Source: Clostridia bacterium (GTDB taxonomy: Bacteria; Bacillota; Clostridia; Christensenellales; CAG-138). Taken from it: a stretch of 64,000 nt of DNA. This document shows positions 46,945 to 57,689 of the stretch, one piece after another. A model generated the notes under the pieces. That model was not told the origin of the DNA. It was given only the letters and a program-made list of their open reading frames with translations, and did not search any database. A program made the position numbers and the translations under genes. Every line of letters begins with the position of its first letter. Positions within the stretch are counted from its first letter, which is position 1. The DNA lies in the NCBI GenBank assembly GCA_017614315.1, contig JAGACA010000013.1, positions 5,597 through 69,596 on the forward strand. Reading direction: 5' to 3'.

Positions 46945-48483
46945 ATGATCCAACTCAATAACGTAAGCATATATCTTATCTCAAACGGGCGGACGCTCGT
47001 GGACGGTATTTCGTTTACCCTGAATCCCGGTGACCGCACCGTAATAATCGGCGAGGAGGGCAACGGCAAGTCCACCCTTCTCAAGCTCATCGCAGATCCC
47101 GCGCTGATCGCGGATCACGCGGAGTATTCGGGCTCCGTAAACGTCGGAAGGCACCGTATAGGGTATCTGCCGCAGGAGCTGACCGAGCCCGAGCGCGCCA
47201 TGCCCGTGAAGGAGTATCTCGCCGCGGACGAGGAAAAGCTTTGGCTCGCGGAGAGTCTTGCCGCCGAGACCGGCCTCGATCCCGCGATACTTTACGAGGA
47301 CCGGCCGATGAAAACGCTTTCGGGCGGCGAGAGGGTGAAGCTCCGGCTCGTGAAGCTTCTGACGGACGAGCCCGACATGCTGCTCCTTGACGAGCCTACC
47401 AACGACATCGACCTCGACACGCTCGTGTGGCTCGAGGGCTTCATATGCCGCTTCGACGGCGGCGTGCTGTTCGTTTCGCACGACGAAACGCTGATAGAGA
47501 ACACGGCGACGGCCGTAATACACCTCGAGCACGTCCATCACAAGAAGGTCGCGCGGCACACCGTCGCGAACGTGCCCTACCGCGAATACATGGCCGACCG
47601 CGAACGCGCGCTTTCGCATCAGGCGCAGGTGTCGAAGTTCGAACACGACGAGTTCCGGAAAAAGGAGGCTCGCTGGCGCGAGATATACGAGAAGGTCGAT
47701 ACAGCGCAGCGGAATCTGTCAAGGCGGGATCCCTCGACGGGAAGGCTTTTGAAAAAGAAGATGCACTCCGTGATGAGTCAGGGAAGAAAGCTCGAGAAGG
47801 AGAAGGAGGCTCTGACAGAGGCTCCGGTCAGCGAGTGGCAGATAGATCTGGCTCTTCCCGAGGTCTCCATGCCCGGACGCAAGGAGATACTGCGCTTCTC
47901 CTGCGAGGGCCTGTTCTCCCCCGACGGCGAAAGGCTGACCGCGGGCTTCCGGCTTAACGTCAACGCCGCCGAGCACGTCGCGATAATCGGCAGGAACGGC
48001 GTCGGCAAGACCACGCTCCTGAGGCTGATCGAAAGCGAGCTTAAAAAGAGGCGCGACCTCAAGGTGTTCTATATGCCCCAGAACTATTTCGAGCTCCTCG
48101 ACGGTTACGGCACGCCCGTAGAGCTGCTCGCGCCGACAGGCGAAAAGGACGCCGTGACGCGGGCAAGGACGTATCTCGGCAGCGTGCGGTTCACGAAGGA
48201 CGAGGCCGAAAGCCCGATCGAGCGGCTTTCGGGCGGGCAGAAGGCGAAGCTTTTGTTCGTCAAGATGGCGCTCGACGGGTATAACGTGCTTCTGCTCGAC
48301 GAGCCGACGCGAAATTTCAGCCCGCTGTCGAACCCGGTCATTAGGGGCATGCTCCGCGATTTCGGCGGATGCGTGATCGCCGTGACGCACGACCGCAGGT
48401 TCATAAGCGAGGTCTGCGAAAGGGCGGTAAAGCTTACCGAAAACGGGCTCGAGGAGGCAAGTCCCCTCTTCCCCGCCGGTTGA
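46945..48483 (+). CDS. ABC-F family ATPase (ribosome-associated)
   Basis: Two NBDs (GEEGNGKST/LSGGE/DEPTN and GRNGVGKTT/LSGGQ/DEPT), a long basic linker and no TM segments. Confidence 0.9.
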   Translation: MIQLNNVSIYLISNGRTLVDGISFTLNPGDRTVIIGEEGNGKSTLLKLIADPALIADHAEYSGSVNVGRHRIGYLPQELTEPERAMPVKEYLAADEEKLWLAESLAAETGLDPAILYEDRPMKTLSGGERVKLRLVKLLTDEPDMLLLDEPTNDIDLDTLVWLEGFICRFDGGVLFVSHDETLIENTATAVIHLEHVHHKKVARHTVANVPYREYMADRERALSHQAQVSKFEHDEFRKKEARWREIYEKVDTAQRNLSRRDPSTGRLLKKKMHSVMSQGRKLEKEKEALTEAPVSEWQIDLALPEVSMPGRKEILRFSCEGLFSPDGERLTAGFRLNVNAAEHVAIIGRNGVGKTTLLRLIESELKKRRDLKVFYMPQNYFELLDGYGTPVELLAPTGEKDAVTRARTYLGSVRFTKDEAESPIERLSGGQKAKLLFVKMALDGYNVLLLDEPTRNFSPLSNPVIRGMLRDFGGCVIAVTHDRRFISEVCERAVKLTENGLEEASPLFPAG

Positions 48484-48539
48484 CATATCCCGGCATATAA
48501 ACTATAATATTTCTGCAAAAAATTACGGGAGGTTAATTT

Positions 48540-50042
48540 ATGGAACTGAACGAAGCCAAACAGGCGTTCAAGGAAAGATTAAAGCTTCTGGACGCTTACG
48601 ATCACGCCATGGGCGTTATGTATTACGACATCGAGACCGCCGCGCCGAAAAACGCAGCCGCGGGCTTCGGCGACACCGTCGCGACGCTTTCCGAGGTCAC
48701 TTACAAGCTCTCCGTCAATGAAGAGGTCTTCGAGGTGCTCGATTTCCTCACCGCGCACGCCGACGAGCTTGACGAGATCACCCGCCGCGAGGTCGAGGAA
48801 GTGCAGAAGGGTCTGCGCCTTCTGAGGAACATCCCCATCGACGAGTGGGTCGAGTATCAGCGCGCGCAGGCGGAGGCCTCGAACGTATGGCACGAGGCCA
48901 AGGTCAAGAGCGATTACGCCATGTTTGAGCCGCACCTCAAAAAGCTGGTCGATTTTACCGTGCGTTTCGCGAAGTACGCCGCGCCCGAGATGGACCCCTA
49001 CGATTACTGGCTCAACGAGTACGAAGAGGGCTTCACGCAGGACGTGCTCGACAAGTATTTCGAGAAGATCAAGGCCGGGCTCGTGCCCCTTATCCATAAG
49101 ATACAGGAAAAGGAACAGCCCGACGTATCCTTCCTTCACAGGGAATATCCCGTGTGGAAGCAGCGCGAGTTCTCCGATAAGCTGATGGAGATCATGGGCA
49201 TCGACCGCGACGACTGCGCGATAGGCGAGACCGAGCACCCATTCACCACGGGCTTCAACAAGCACGACGTCCGCATCACCACGCATTATCACGAGGACGC
49301 GCTCGAATCGAACATGTATTCCGTCATCCACGAGGGCGGCCACGCGATATACGAGATGGGCAACAGCGACGAGATCTCCGAATCCAACCTTTCGGGCGGC
49401 GCCTCCTGCGGCATGCACGAGTCCCAGTCCCGCTTCTATGAGAACCTGATCGGCCGCTCCCGCGCGTTCACCGACCTCGTTTACCCGGTCATAAAGGAGC
49501 TCTTCCCCGAACAATTCGCGGACGTCACTCCCGACGCGTTCTACCGCGCCGTCAACCGCGCCGAGCCCTCGCTCATAAGGACGGAGGCGGACGAGCTGAC
49601 CTATTCGCTCCACGTGCTCATCAGGTACGAGATCGAAAAGAAGCTCCTCCACGGCGAGCTCGACACGAAGGATCTTCCCGCGGAGTGGAACAGGCTCTAT
49701 AAGGAATACCTCGGCGTGGACGTTCCCAACGACAAGGCCGGCTGCCTGCAGGATTCGCACTGGTCGAGCGGCAGCCTCGGTTACTTCCCGTCGTACTCCC
49801 TCGGCTCCGCCTACGGCGCGCAGATACTCGCCGGCATGAAGAAGGAGCTCGACGTGGACAAGCTCGTTTCCGAGGGTAAGATCTCCGTCATCACGGAATG
49901 GCTCCGCGAGCACATCCTCAAGTACGGCCAGCTGAAAAAGCCCGCCGAGCTCCTGCGTCTCTCCACCGGCGAGGACTTCGATCCGGATCATTACGTCGAA
50001 TATCTGAAGGACAAGTTCGGCAAGCTGTACGGAATAGAATAA
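48540..50042 (+). CDS. carboxypeptidase Taq (M32)
   Basis: HPF, DVRITT, HEGGH, HESQS, IRTEADE, GCLQD.HW and GYFPSY. Confidence 0.95.
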   Translation: MELNEAKQAFKERLKLLDAYDHAMGVMYYDIETAAPKNAAAGFGDTVATLSEVTYKLSVNEEVFEVLDFLTAHADELDEITRREVEEVQKGLRLLRNIPIDEWVEYQRAQAEASNVWHEAKVKSDYAMFEPHLKKLVDFTVRFAKYAAPEMDPYDYWLNEYEEGFTQDVLDKYFEKIKAGLVPLIHKIQEKEQPDVSFLHREYPVWKQREFSDKLMEIMGIDRDDCAIGETEHPFTTGFNKHDVRITTHYHEDALESNMYSVIHEGGHAIYEMGNSDEISESNLSGGASCGMHESQSRFYENLIGRSRAFTDLVYPVIKELFPEQFADVTPDAFYRAVNRAEPSLIRTEADELTYSLHVLIRYEIEKKLLHGELDTKDLPAEWNRLYKEYLGVDVPNDKAGCLQDSHWSSGSLGYFPSYSLGSAYGAQILAGMKKELDVDKLVSEGKISVITEWLREHILKYGQLKKPAELLRLSTGEDFDPDHYVEYLKDKFGKLYGIE

Positions 50043-50049
50043 CATGATG

Positions 50050-50142
50050 AAAACTCCGCCGGAGGCGGAGTTTTTACATCAATTATTCATTATTCAGTAT
50101 TCATTATTCATTAAAACGGGATCGCTTTCGCGATCCCGTTTT
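50050..50142. terminator. two terminator hairpins separated by an (ATTATTC)x4 heptamer tract
   Basis: AAAACTCCGCC-GGA-GGCGGAGTTTTT, heptamers at 50082-50112, and AAAACGGGATCGC-TTTC-GCGATCCCGTTTT. Confidence 0.8.
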
Positions 50143-50145
50143 CCC

Positions 50146-51576
50146 TCAAATTATATTCCTGTAAAGCTCGAGGTATCTTCCCGCGCTGACCTTCCAGTCG
50201 TTATCGCAGGCCATAGCCCTCTTTATGAGCGCGTTCCAGTTCTTCTTGTTCATATATGTGTCGAGCGCGAGGTACACGACGTCGCGGAACGAGCTGTATT
50301 CCCTGCCCCAGTAGCTGAAGCCGTTGCCCGTCTTTTCATATTGGTTGTACGCGTGAACGGTGTCGGCGAGTCCGCCCGTTTCGCGGACGAGGGGTATGCA
50401 GCCGTAGCGGAGCGCGAGGAGCTGCGACAGTCCGCAGGGCTCGAACGCCGAGGGCATCAGGAACACGTCCGCGCCGGCGTAGATCCGCCTTGCGAGCGCG
50501 TCGTTCATCTCCGCTCGGAAGGCGAAATTCGGGCTGGCCCAGTCGTAATGTCTGAACGCGCCCTCGTATTTTTCGTCGCCCATGCCGAGCACGACGACCT
50601 GCGCGCCGACGGACAGGAGCTCCGGCAGTATGCCGAGCACGAGATCCATGCCCTTCTGGTCGGTGAGGCGGGATATGACCGCGAACAGCGGCTTCTTCTC
50701 GTCCTGCTCGAGCCCGAGCTCCTTTATGAGCGCCCTCTTGCAGACCGCCCTGCCGGCCAGGTTCTCGGCGGAGAAGTTCTTCGCTATGTTCTTATCCGTC
50801 GCGGGATCGTAGAGCGTATTCGAAATGCCGTTCAGTATGCCGACGAGGTCGCCCGCCCTGTCGCGGAGCACGCAGTCGAGCGTTTCGCCGTATTCGGGGG
50901 AGAGTATCTCCCGCGCGTAGGTGGGGCTGACCGTGGTGATCTTGTTCGAGTACATGAGCCCCGCCTTCATCGCGGACGCGCCGCCGCCGTATTCGATCCG
51001 GTCGAGGGCGTCCTGCCCCAGCGAGAGCAGATCGTCGACGAGCTCGCGCCTGCCCCAGCCCTGGAACTTAAGGTTGTGGATCGTGAACACGGTGCGGATA
51101 TTGGAATAATCCGGACGCTTCGCGTACTGATGCACGAGCAGGGGGATGTATCCCGTCTGCCAGTCGTTCGCGTGAATCACGTCGGGCATGAAGTCGAGCC
51201 GTTTAAGGCTCTCCATGACGGCCTTGCAGAAGAAGCAGAATCGCTCCGTCTCGAAATCGCCGTAGCCGTAGACGTAATCGCTGCCGAAATAGAACTCGTT
51301 GTCGACGAACCAGTACGTCACGCCGTCGAGCACGTATTCGTCCACTCCGAGATACTGATTCCTCCAGCCGAGAGCGATATACGTGTCGAACACATGGCGC
51401 ATGTTGAACCTGTACTCCTCGGGTATGCGTCTGAATTTGGGGAGTATAACGCGGACTTCGTCGCCGCTGTTAAGCTCCTGTATCGCCTTGGGAAGCGTGC
51501 CCGCGACGTCCGCGAGCCCGCCCGTCTTGATGAACGGTACGCATTCGGATGCTGCAAACAGAATTTTCATTGTCAT
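50146..51576 (-). CDS. glgA: glycogen synthase
   Basis: KTGGLADV, HANDWQT, TIHNL, SRLTDQKG and FEPCGLSQ. Confidence 0.96.
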   Translation of the reverse strand: MTMKILFAASECVPFIKTGGLADVAGTLPKAIQELNSGDEVRVILPKFRRIPEEYRFNMRHVFDTYIALGWRNQYLGVDEYVLDGVTYWFVDNEFYFGSDYVYGYGDFETERFCFFCKAVMESLKRLDFMPDVIHANDWQTGYIPLLVHQYAKRPDYSNIRTVFTIHNLKFQGWGRRELVDDLLSLGQDALDRIEYGGGASAMKAGLMYSNKITTVSPTYAREILSPEYGETLDCVLRDRAGDLVGILNGISNTLYDPATDKNIAKNFSAENLAGRAVCKRALIKELGLEQDEKKPLFAVISRLTDQKGMDLVLGILPELLSVGAQVVVLGMGDEKYEGAFRHYDWASPNFAFRAEMNDALARRIYAGADVFLMPSAFEPCGLSQLLALRYGCIPLVRETGGLADTVHAYNQYEKTGNGFSYWGREYSSFRDVVYLALDTYMNKKNWNALIKRAMACDNDWKVSAGRYLELYRNII

Positions 51577-51617
51577 TCGTTGAGGAAGGGGCGTTCATGC
51601 CCCTTCCCTCTCCTTGA

Positions 51618-52739
51618 TCAGATTTTTGTGCCCTTCCTGAGCACGACCGGATACAAATCGTGTCCCGAAAGCGTTACGCCGCTGCCGACGATGACGCCCT
51701 TGTCGAGTATCACGCAGTTGAGCGAGGCGTTCTCGCCGATCTGGGCGGCCTGCATTATGATGCTGTTTTTGACCACCGCGCCGCGGCCGACCTTGATGCC
51801 GCGGAAAATGATGCTGTTTTCGACGGTGCCCTCGATCACGCAGCCGTCGGCGACGATCGAATTGATCGCGCGGCCTTCGCCCACATAGCTTGCGGGGAAC
51901 TCGTCCTTGACCTTGGTATAGATCGGATGGTCGTGGCTGAACAGATCCCTCGTGACTGCCTTATCGAGAAGCGCCATGTTGTGCTTGTAGTAGGAATTGA
52001 TCGAGTTGAGCCTCGCGACATATCCCTTGTACTCATAGCCCCTTATGTTCAGCTCTTTTACGTTCCTAAGGAGCACGTCGTTGGTGAAATCGTAAAGCGC
52101 GTGCGCGTAGGCGTCCTCGACGAGGTATTCGAGCAGCGTCTTTTCCATGACGAACGCGTCGCAGCTGCAGAAAGTGGTCTCGTTGTCCTTGGGGTTGATG
52201 GCGAGATCCGTCACGCGGCCGTTCTCGTCGAACTTAAGGCGAAGATCGTCGTACTGCTCGCTGAAATCGTAATTCTCCTCGGAGTTATACATCACGGTGA
52301 TGTCCGCGCCGGACTCCTCGTGCTGTTTTATCATGTCGTTGAAGGTGGTGTTGTAGATGGTATGGCTGCCCATCAGCACCACATAGCGCTGGGAGGAGCG
52401 CCTGATATAGCCCATGCAGGAGCGGATCGCGTCGACCGTTCCCTTGTAAACGCCGGTATTATCGTGCGTGACGAAGGGCGGGAGTATGAACAGTCCGTCG
52501 CGCTTCCTGTGAAGATCCCATTCCTTGCCGCTTTCAAGATGATCCATCAGGGAATGGTAGTTCCTCTGGGCGATTATGCCGACGTTGTAAATGCCCGTAT
52601 TGACGAGGTTCGACAGCATGAAGTCGATGGAGCGGTATCTGCCGCCGAAGGGCACCGCCGCAACGGAACGGGAGAAGGTCAGCTCGCGGAGCTCCATGCT
52701 CGCGTCGCCTGTGTAGATCAGACCGAATGCGTTTTCCAT
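51618..52739 (-). CDS. glgD: glucose-1-phosphate adenylyltransferase subunit GlgD
   Basis: PFGGRYR.IDF.LSN and SL.DHL.SGKEWDL.RK; lacks the GG.G.RL loop; lies after glgC. Confidence 0.93.
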   Translation of the reverse strand: MENAFGLIYTGDASMELRELTFSRSVAAVPFGGRYRSIDFMLSNLVNTGIYNVGIIAQRNYHSLMDHLESGKEWDLHRKRDGLFILPPFVTHDNTGVYKGTVDAIRSCMGYIRRSSQRYVVLMGSHTIYNTTFNDMIKQHEESGADITVMYNSEENYDFSEQYDDLRLKFDENGRVTDLAINPKDNETTFCSCDAFVMEKTLLEYLVEDAYAHALYDFTNDVLLRNVKELNIRGYEYKGYVARLNSINSYYKHNMALLDKAVTRDLFSHDHPIYTKVKDEFPASYVGEGRAINSIVADGCVIEGTVENSIIFRGIKVGRGAVVKNSIIMQAAQIGENASLNCVILDKGVIVGSGVTLSGHDLYPVVLRKGTKI

Positions 52740-52755
52740 GTGTTACTCCTTTCCG

Positions 52756-53964
52756 TCACTTTACGATCATGCCGACGGGGATACGCTTTTCTGCGGGCAC
52801 GGTCACGGTGTTGGCCACGAGAGTGATATCGCCCGTCAGCTTGGTATCGTAATCGCCGTCCTCGGGAAGCCTTTCGTCGCCGATCTTCGCGTTCGGGCCG
52901 ATGACGGCGCCTTCGCCGATTATCGCCTTTTCGATGACCGCTCCGTCGCCGATCTCGGCATTGGGCATCACTATCGAATCCCTGACAAGGGCGTTTTTGC
53001 CGATATGCGCGCCGGTGAAGAGCACGCTCTTTTCGACCGTGCCGTATACGACGCAGCCCTCGGAAACGAGGCAGTCCTTCACCTTGGCGTCGGCGCCGAT
53101 ATAGTGCGGCGGCATGGCGTTCGATTTGGAATAGATCCTCCAGTCCTTATCGGCAAGCTTGAACTCGGGCGTCTTGCCGATGAGATCCATGTTCGCCTCC
53201 CAAAGGCTGCCGATCGTTCCTACGTCCTTCCAATAGCCGCTGAAGCTCCACGCGTAGAGCCCCGCGCCGTCCGAAAGGAGCTTCGGGATTATGTTCTTGC
53301 CGAAGTCGTGATCGCTCGACTTGTCCGCCTCGTCCGAAACGAGATACGGGCGAAGCGTGCGCCAGTTGAAAATGTAGATGCCCATCGACGCCTTGTTGGA
53401 CTTGGGGACCTTGGGCTTTTCCTCAAAGTCGATTATCCTGTCGTCCTCGTCGGCGTTCATGATGCCGAAGCGGGAGGCCTCCTCCATCGGCACGGTGAGC
53501 ACGGCGATGGTCGCGTCGGCCTGCTTCTTTTCGTGGAATTTGAGCATCTTGGAATAGTCCATCTTATAGATATGATCGCCGGAGAGTATGAGCACATACT
53601 CCGGATCGTACTGGTCGATGAACTGTATGTTCTGATAGATCGCGTTCGCGGTGCCGCTGTACCACTGTCCCTCGGAGCCCGATACGTACGGGGGCAGCAC
53701 GAAAACGCCGCCGTTCATTCGGTCAAGATCCCAAGGCTGGCCGGAACCGAGATACGAGTTCAGCGCGAGCGGCTCGTACTGCGTCAAAACGCCGACCGTG
53801 TCGATATCGGAGTTTACGCAGTTCGAGAGCGGGAAGTCGATTATCCTGTACTTCCCTCCGAACGGGACCGCGGGCTTCGCCATGCTCTTCGTGAGCACGC
53901 CGAGCCTTGAGCCCTGTCCGCCCGCAAGCAGCATGGCGATTATCTTCTTCTTTGGCATTTTCAT
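52756..53964 (-). CDS. glgC: glucose-1-phosphate adenylyltransferase
   Basis: [42 protein letters not shown] and YWKDVGT. Confidence 0.97.
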   Translation of the reverse strand: MKMPKKKIIAMLLAGGQGSRLGVLTKSMAKPAVPFGGKYRIIDFPLSNCVNSDIDTVGVLTQYEPLALNSYLGSGQPWDLDRMNGGVFVLPPYVSGSEGQWYSGTANAIYQNIQFIDQYDPEYVLILSGDHIYKMDYSKMLKFHEKKQADATIAVLTVPMEEASRFGIMNADEDDRIIDFEEKPKVPKSNKASMGIYIFNWRTLRPYLVSDEADKSSDHDFGKNIIPKLLSDGAGLYAWSFSGYWKDVGTIGSLWEANMDLIGKTPEFKLADKDWRIYSKSNAMPPHYIGADAKVKDCLVSEGCVVYGTVEKSVLFTGAHIGKNALVRDSIVMPNAEIGDGAVIEKAIIGEGAVIGPNAKIGDERLPEDGDYDTKLTGDITLVANTVTVPAEKRIPVGMIVK

Positions 53965-54017
53965 ACCTCCCCTGTTTTTATATCTTCGTCCCCGTGTGCC
54001 CGGGGCGTTCTTTACGG

Positions 54018-55871
54018 TCAGATCCTGTAAAATGCTCCCTCGTAGCCGTACACCGGCAGAAACAGCATGCCGTTCCTGATCGGCGCTTCCGTGCCGACGC
54101 GGTTATGGGTGGAGAACACGCAGGGAAGCGAGGTCTTGTCGCCTATCTCGTCCTTGATGGGATCGAGGCTTATGCCGTATTCCCCATGCTCGCCGGGCGT
54201 AAAGTTGAATATTGCGATCAGCCCGTCGCCCGTTTTGGGATTGCGCCTCCTGAACGATATGACGGAATGCTCCGTGTCGTTGAGGGCGAGCCACGTGTAT
54301 CCCTCCCATGCGGAGAAATCATCGTGCAGCGCGGTGTTTTCGCGATAGAAGAAGTTCATCGCCTTGGCGAAGTTCTGCATGGCGCGGTGCTCCCTGTAAT
54401 CGAGCATGAACCATTCGAGCGAGCGCTTGAAATCCCACTCGCTGTACTGGCCGAACTCGCTGCCCATGAATTCGAGCTTCTTTCCCGGGAAGGCGAAGCG
54501 GTACGCGAGGAGGAGCCTCAATTGAGCGAACTGCGCCTCGTAATTGCCGTGCATCCTGCCGATCAGGGAATGCTTGCCGTAAACCACCTCGTCATGCGAG
54601 AAGGGCAGTATGTATTTTTCCGAGAAAGCGTACGCCATCGGGAAGGTCAGCTTGTCCTGATGGTATTTCCTGTAAACGCTGTCGTATTCGAAATACGAAA
54701 GCGTATCGTTCATGAAGCCCATGTTCCACTTGTAGTCGAACTTCAGACCCTCGTCGCCGGTTACGTGCGGATACGCGCTCGATTCCTCGGCGATCATGAC
54801 GGCGTTCGTCCTTTCGTGGACGAGCCAGTTAAGATGCTTTAAGAAATTCTCGGCCGCGTAGTTCCTGTTCGAGCCGTCGAAGTTCGGTCTCCATTCGCCC
54901 TTGCAGAAATCGAGATAGAGCATGGCGGAGACCGCGTCGACGCGTATGCCGTCTATGCCGTAGTTCTCGATCAGATAGAGGGCGTTCGACATGAGATAGC
55001 TTCTTACGAAGGGCTTATCGTAATCGTAAAGCAGCGTTCCCCACAGCGGCATTTCGGCGCGCAGGGGATCGGAGGACTCGAAAAGCGGCGTGCCGTCAAA
55101 GAGCCTCAGCCCGCAGTCGTCCTTTACAAAGTGTGCGGGCACCCAGTCGATTATTACGGCAAGTCCCTTCATATGCGCCCTTTCGACAAACATCCTCAGC
55201 TCCTGGGGAGTGCCGTAGCGCGCGGTTATCGCGTAAGCGCCGCTGGACTGATATCCCCAGCAGTCGTCCAGAAGATGCTCGGTTATGGGCATGAGCTCTA
55301 TCGCGGTGTAGCCCATGTCGGCGGCGTAATCGACGAGCGCGGAGGACGCGCCGACGAAGTTGAGCCCCTTTTCCCACGAGCCGAGATGCACCTCGTATAT
55401 GGATACGGGCTTGTCGTACGCAAGGCGGCGTTCGCCGTCGCACCTGTTCGCGAATTCCGCGTCCCACACGACGCTGGCGCTGCCGGGGCGGAGCTCGTTC
55501 CTTACCGAGAACGGGTCGCTCTTAAGCTTCGTCCACGAATCCGCGCCTGTCACGGCGTATTTATACCTCTCGCCGACGTGCACATACCTGCGGGTCTCCC
55601 ACACGCCGAACTCGGGTATGAAATGCATCTGCTCTCCCTGCCAGCCGTTGAAGTCGCCCGTGAGCCTTACGTTTTTAGCGTTCGGAGCGTAGACGCGGAA
55701 AAGCCACTCGTCGCCCCACACGCGGTGGGCGCCGAGCACCCTGTATGCCTCACAGCTCCTGCCCTCAAGGAAGGCGCGAAGCTCGTTTCGCACGGCTTCG
55801 CTGTCGATCGTTACGGAAGAATTGCCGGAAAAGCCCATATGGATCACTGCTCCGAATCGTTTTTTGGTCAA
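54018..55871 (-). CDS. glgB: 1,4-alpha-glucan branching enzyme
   Basis: [29 protein letters not shown] and SHDEVV; start codon uncertain. Confidence 0.95.
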   Translation of the reverse strand: MTKKRFGAVIHMGFSGNSSVTIDSEAVRNELRAFLEGRSCEAYRVLGAHRVWGDEWLFRVYAPNAKNVRLTGDFNGWQGEQMHFIPEFGVWETRRYVHVGERYKYAVTGADSWTKLKSDPFSVRNELRPGSASVVWDAEFANRCDGERRLAYDKPVSIYEVHLGSWEKGLNFVGASSALVDYAADMGYTAIELMPITEHLLDDCWGYQSSGAYAITARYGTPQELRMFVERAHMKGLAVIIDWVPAHFVKDDCGLRLFDGTPLFESSDPLRAEMPLWGTLLYDYDKPFVRSYLMSNALYLIENYGIDGIRVDAVSAMLYLDFCKGEWRPNFDGSNRNYAAENFLKHLNWLVHERTNAVMIAEESSAYPHVTGDEGLKFDYKWNMGFMNDTLSYFEYDSVYRKYHQDKLTFPMAYAFSEKYILPFSHDEVVYGKHSLIGRMHGNYEAQFAQLRLLLAYRFAFPGKKLEFMGSEFGQYSEWDFKRSLEWFMLDYREHRAMQNFAKAMNFFYRENTALHDDFSAWEGYTWLALNDTEHSVISFRRRNPKTGDGLIAIFNFTPGEHGEYGISLDPIKDEIGDKTSLPCVFSTHNRVGTEAPIRNGMLFLPVYGYEGAFYRI

Positions 55872-55947
55872 GCTGCGTATAAGAAAAATGTGCTATTATA
55901 CAGCTCCGATTGTATTATAGCACACAAGTTATATATTGTCTACAATT

Positions 55948-57657
55948 TTACGCTTCGTTTGAGCTCCGGTTTTTTTCGGTCACATCCGCGAGTGCGTCGT
56001 CGATGTCACCGAAGAAGTTATCCTCCCCGACCCTGTCGATGAAGCCGGCCTTCTTCATTGCGGAGAGCGGCTGCTGCCTTACGTGCGAGAACACAAGCCT
56101 CACGCCCTTTTCGCCGAGCCCGGAGTGGAGCTGTTCGAGGTTGCGCATGGCGGTCGCGTCGAGCGCGTCGACCTTGCCCATGCGGAGTATCACCGTATTC
56201 GCGCCGTCCGCCGCGAGGCAGTCGAGTATCTTATCCGAGCCCGCGAAGAACATGGGTCCCGAATATTCGTACACGACCGTGCCCTCGGGGATCTTTTTGG
56301 ACTTTCGGTCGCCCGAATCCTCGTCCCAGCGTCGGACGCTCGACACCTCGCTCATGCGCTTCATGAACAGCACGAACGCGAGGAGGAGCCCCGCGATTAT
56401 CGCGACGACAAGGTCGAACACGACTGTCAGCACGAACGTCGCGATCATGACGATTATGTCGCTCTTCGGCGCGGTCTTCAAAATGTGGACGAAATGCCGC
56501 CACTCGCTCATGTTGTACGCGACCATGAACAGTATCGCGGCGATTATCGGCATGGGTATGAGCTTCGCGAGCGGCATGAGCGCGACGAGGAACAGAAGGA
56601 GCACAACGGCGTGCACCATGCCGCTTACGGGACTGCGGCCGCCGTTTTTGACGTTCGCCGCCGTCCTTGCGATGGCGCCGGTCGCGGGTATGCCGCCGAA
56701 TATGCCGGAGGCGATATTGCCTATGCCGAGGGCGATCAGCTCCGTATTGGAATTATGCCTGTCGCCAATCATGCCGTCGGATACGACGCAGGAGAGCAGG
56801 CTCTCTATCGCGGCGAGTATGGCTATCGTGAACGCGCTCGGCGCGACGGCGACGATAGTGTCGAAGCTTATCGCGGGGAACGACGGCACGGGGAAGCCTG
56901 CCTTGATATCGGGATAGAGCGAGCCGATCGTGTTGACCTTGATCGGAGTGAAGCTTACGAGGAGTATGCCCGCGATGACCGCGATTATCGAGGCGGGGAT
57001 CTTTGAAACGACCTTCGAGAATCCTCCCCTGCCGAGCTTTCCGAGCATCGGGAAGAGTATCAGTATCGCCATGCCGGCCGCGCCGACGATCAGCGCGTGA
57101 AGGTTGATCGTGTTTATAGAGAGCGCGACGGCCTTCAGCTTGTCCAGCGTCTCGATGGTCGCCATACCCGCGGGGTACGTCAGCCCGAGGAAATCCTTGA
57201 TCTGACCTATCGCGATGGTGACCGCTATGCCCGCGGTAAAGCCGACCGTGATGGTCGTCGGGATGTATTTTATGAGCGCGCCTATGCGGAAAACGCCCAT
57301 GAGTATGAGTATCGCGCCCGCGAGTATCGTCGCGATTATGAGCCCCGAAAGCCCGTGCTGGGCGACGATGCCCGCGACTATCACGGCGAACGCCGCCGTC
57401 GGGCCGGAGATATTGACGCGGCTGCCGCCCAGAAGGGCGATCACGAAGCCCGCGACTATCGCCGTGTAAAGCCCCTGCTCCGGCGAAACGCCCGACGCGA
57501 TCGCGAGCGCGATGGAAAGGGGCAGCGCGATTATCGCGACGATGACGCCCGCGACGATATCGTTTATGAGCATTTGCCCCGAATAGTCCTTAAGACATGA
57601 GAAAAGCTTGGGTGAGAATATCTTTCGCCCGGGCCTCTTTCCCTCTTTCGCTTCCAT
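55948..57657 (-). CDS. SulP family anion permease with STAS domain
   Basis: ALPLSIALAIASG, SGPT, ESLLS, ATGAIART and a C-terminal STAS (GPMFFA, LDAT). Confidence 0.93.
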   Translation of the reverse strand: MEAKEGKRPGRKIFSPKLFSCLKDYSGQMLINDIVAGVIVAIIALPLSIALAIASGVSPEQGLYTAIVAGFVIALLGGSRVNISGPTAAFAVIVAGIVAQHGLSGLIIATILAGAILILMGVFRIGALIKYIPTTITVGFTAGIAVTIAIGQIKDFLGLTYPAGMATIETLDKLKAVALSINTINLHALIVGAAGMAILILFPMLGKLGRGGFSKVVSKIPASIIAVIAGILLVSFTPIKVNTIGSLYPDIKAGFPVPSFPAISFDTIVAVAPSAFTIAILAAIESLLSCVVSDGMIGDRHNSNTELIALGIGNIASGIFGGIPATGAIARTAANVKNGGRSPVSGMVHAVVLLLFLVALMPLAKLIPMPIIAAILFMVAYNMSEWRHFVHILKTAPKSDIIVMIATFVLTVVFDLVVAIIAGLLLAFVLFMKRMSEVSSVRRWDEDSGDRKSKKIPEGTVVYEYSGPMFFAGSDKILDCLAADGANTVILRMGKVDALDATAMRNLEQLHSGLGEKGVRLVFSHVRQQPLSAMKKAGFIDRVGEDNFFGDIDDALADVTEKNRSSNEA

Positions 57658-57689
57658 TTTTCACACACCCCCGTTACGCCTTTATGATA

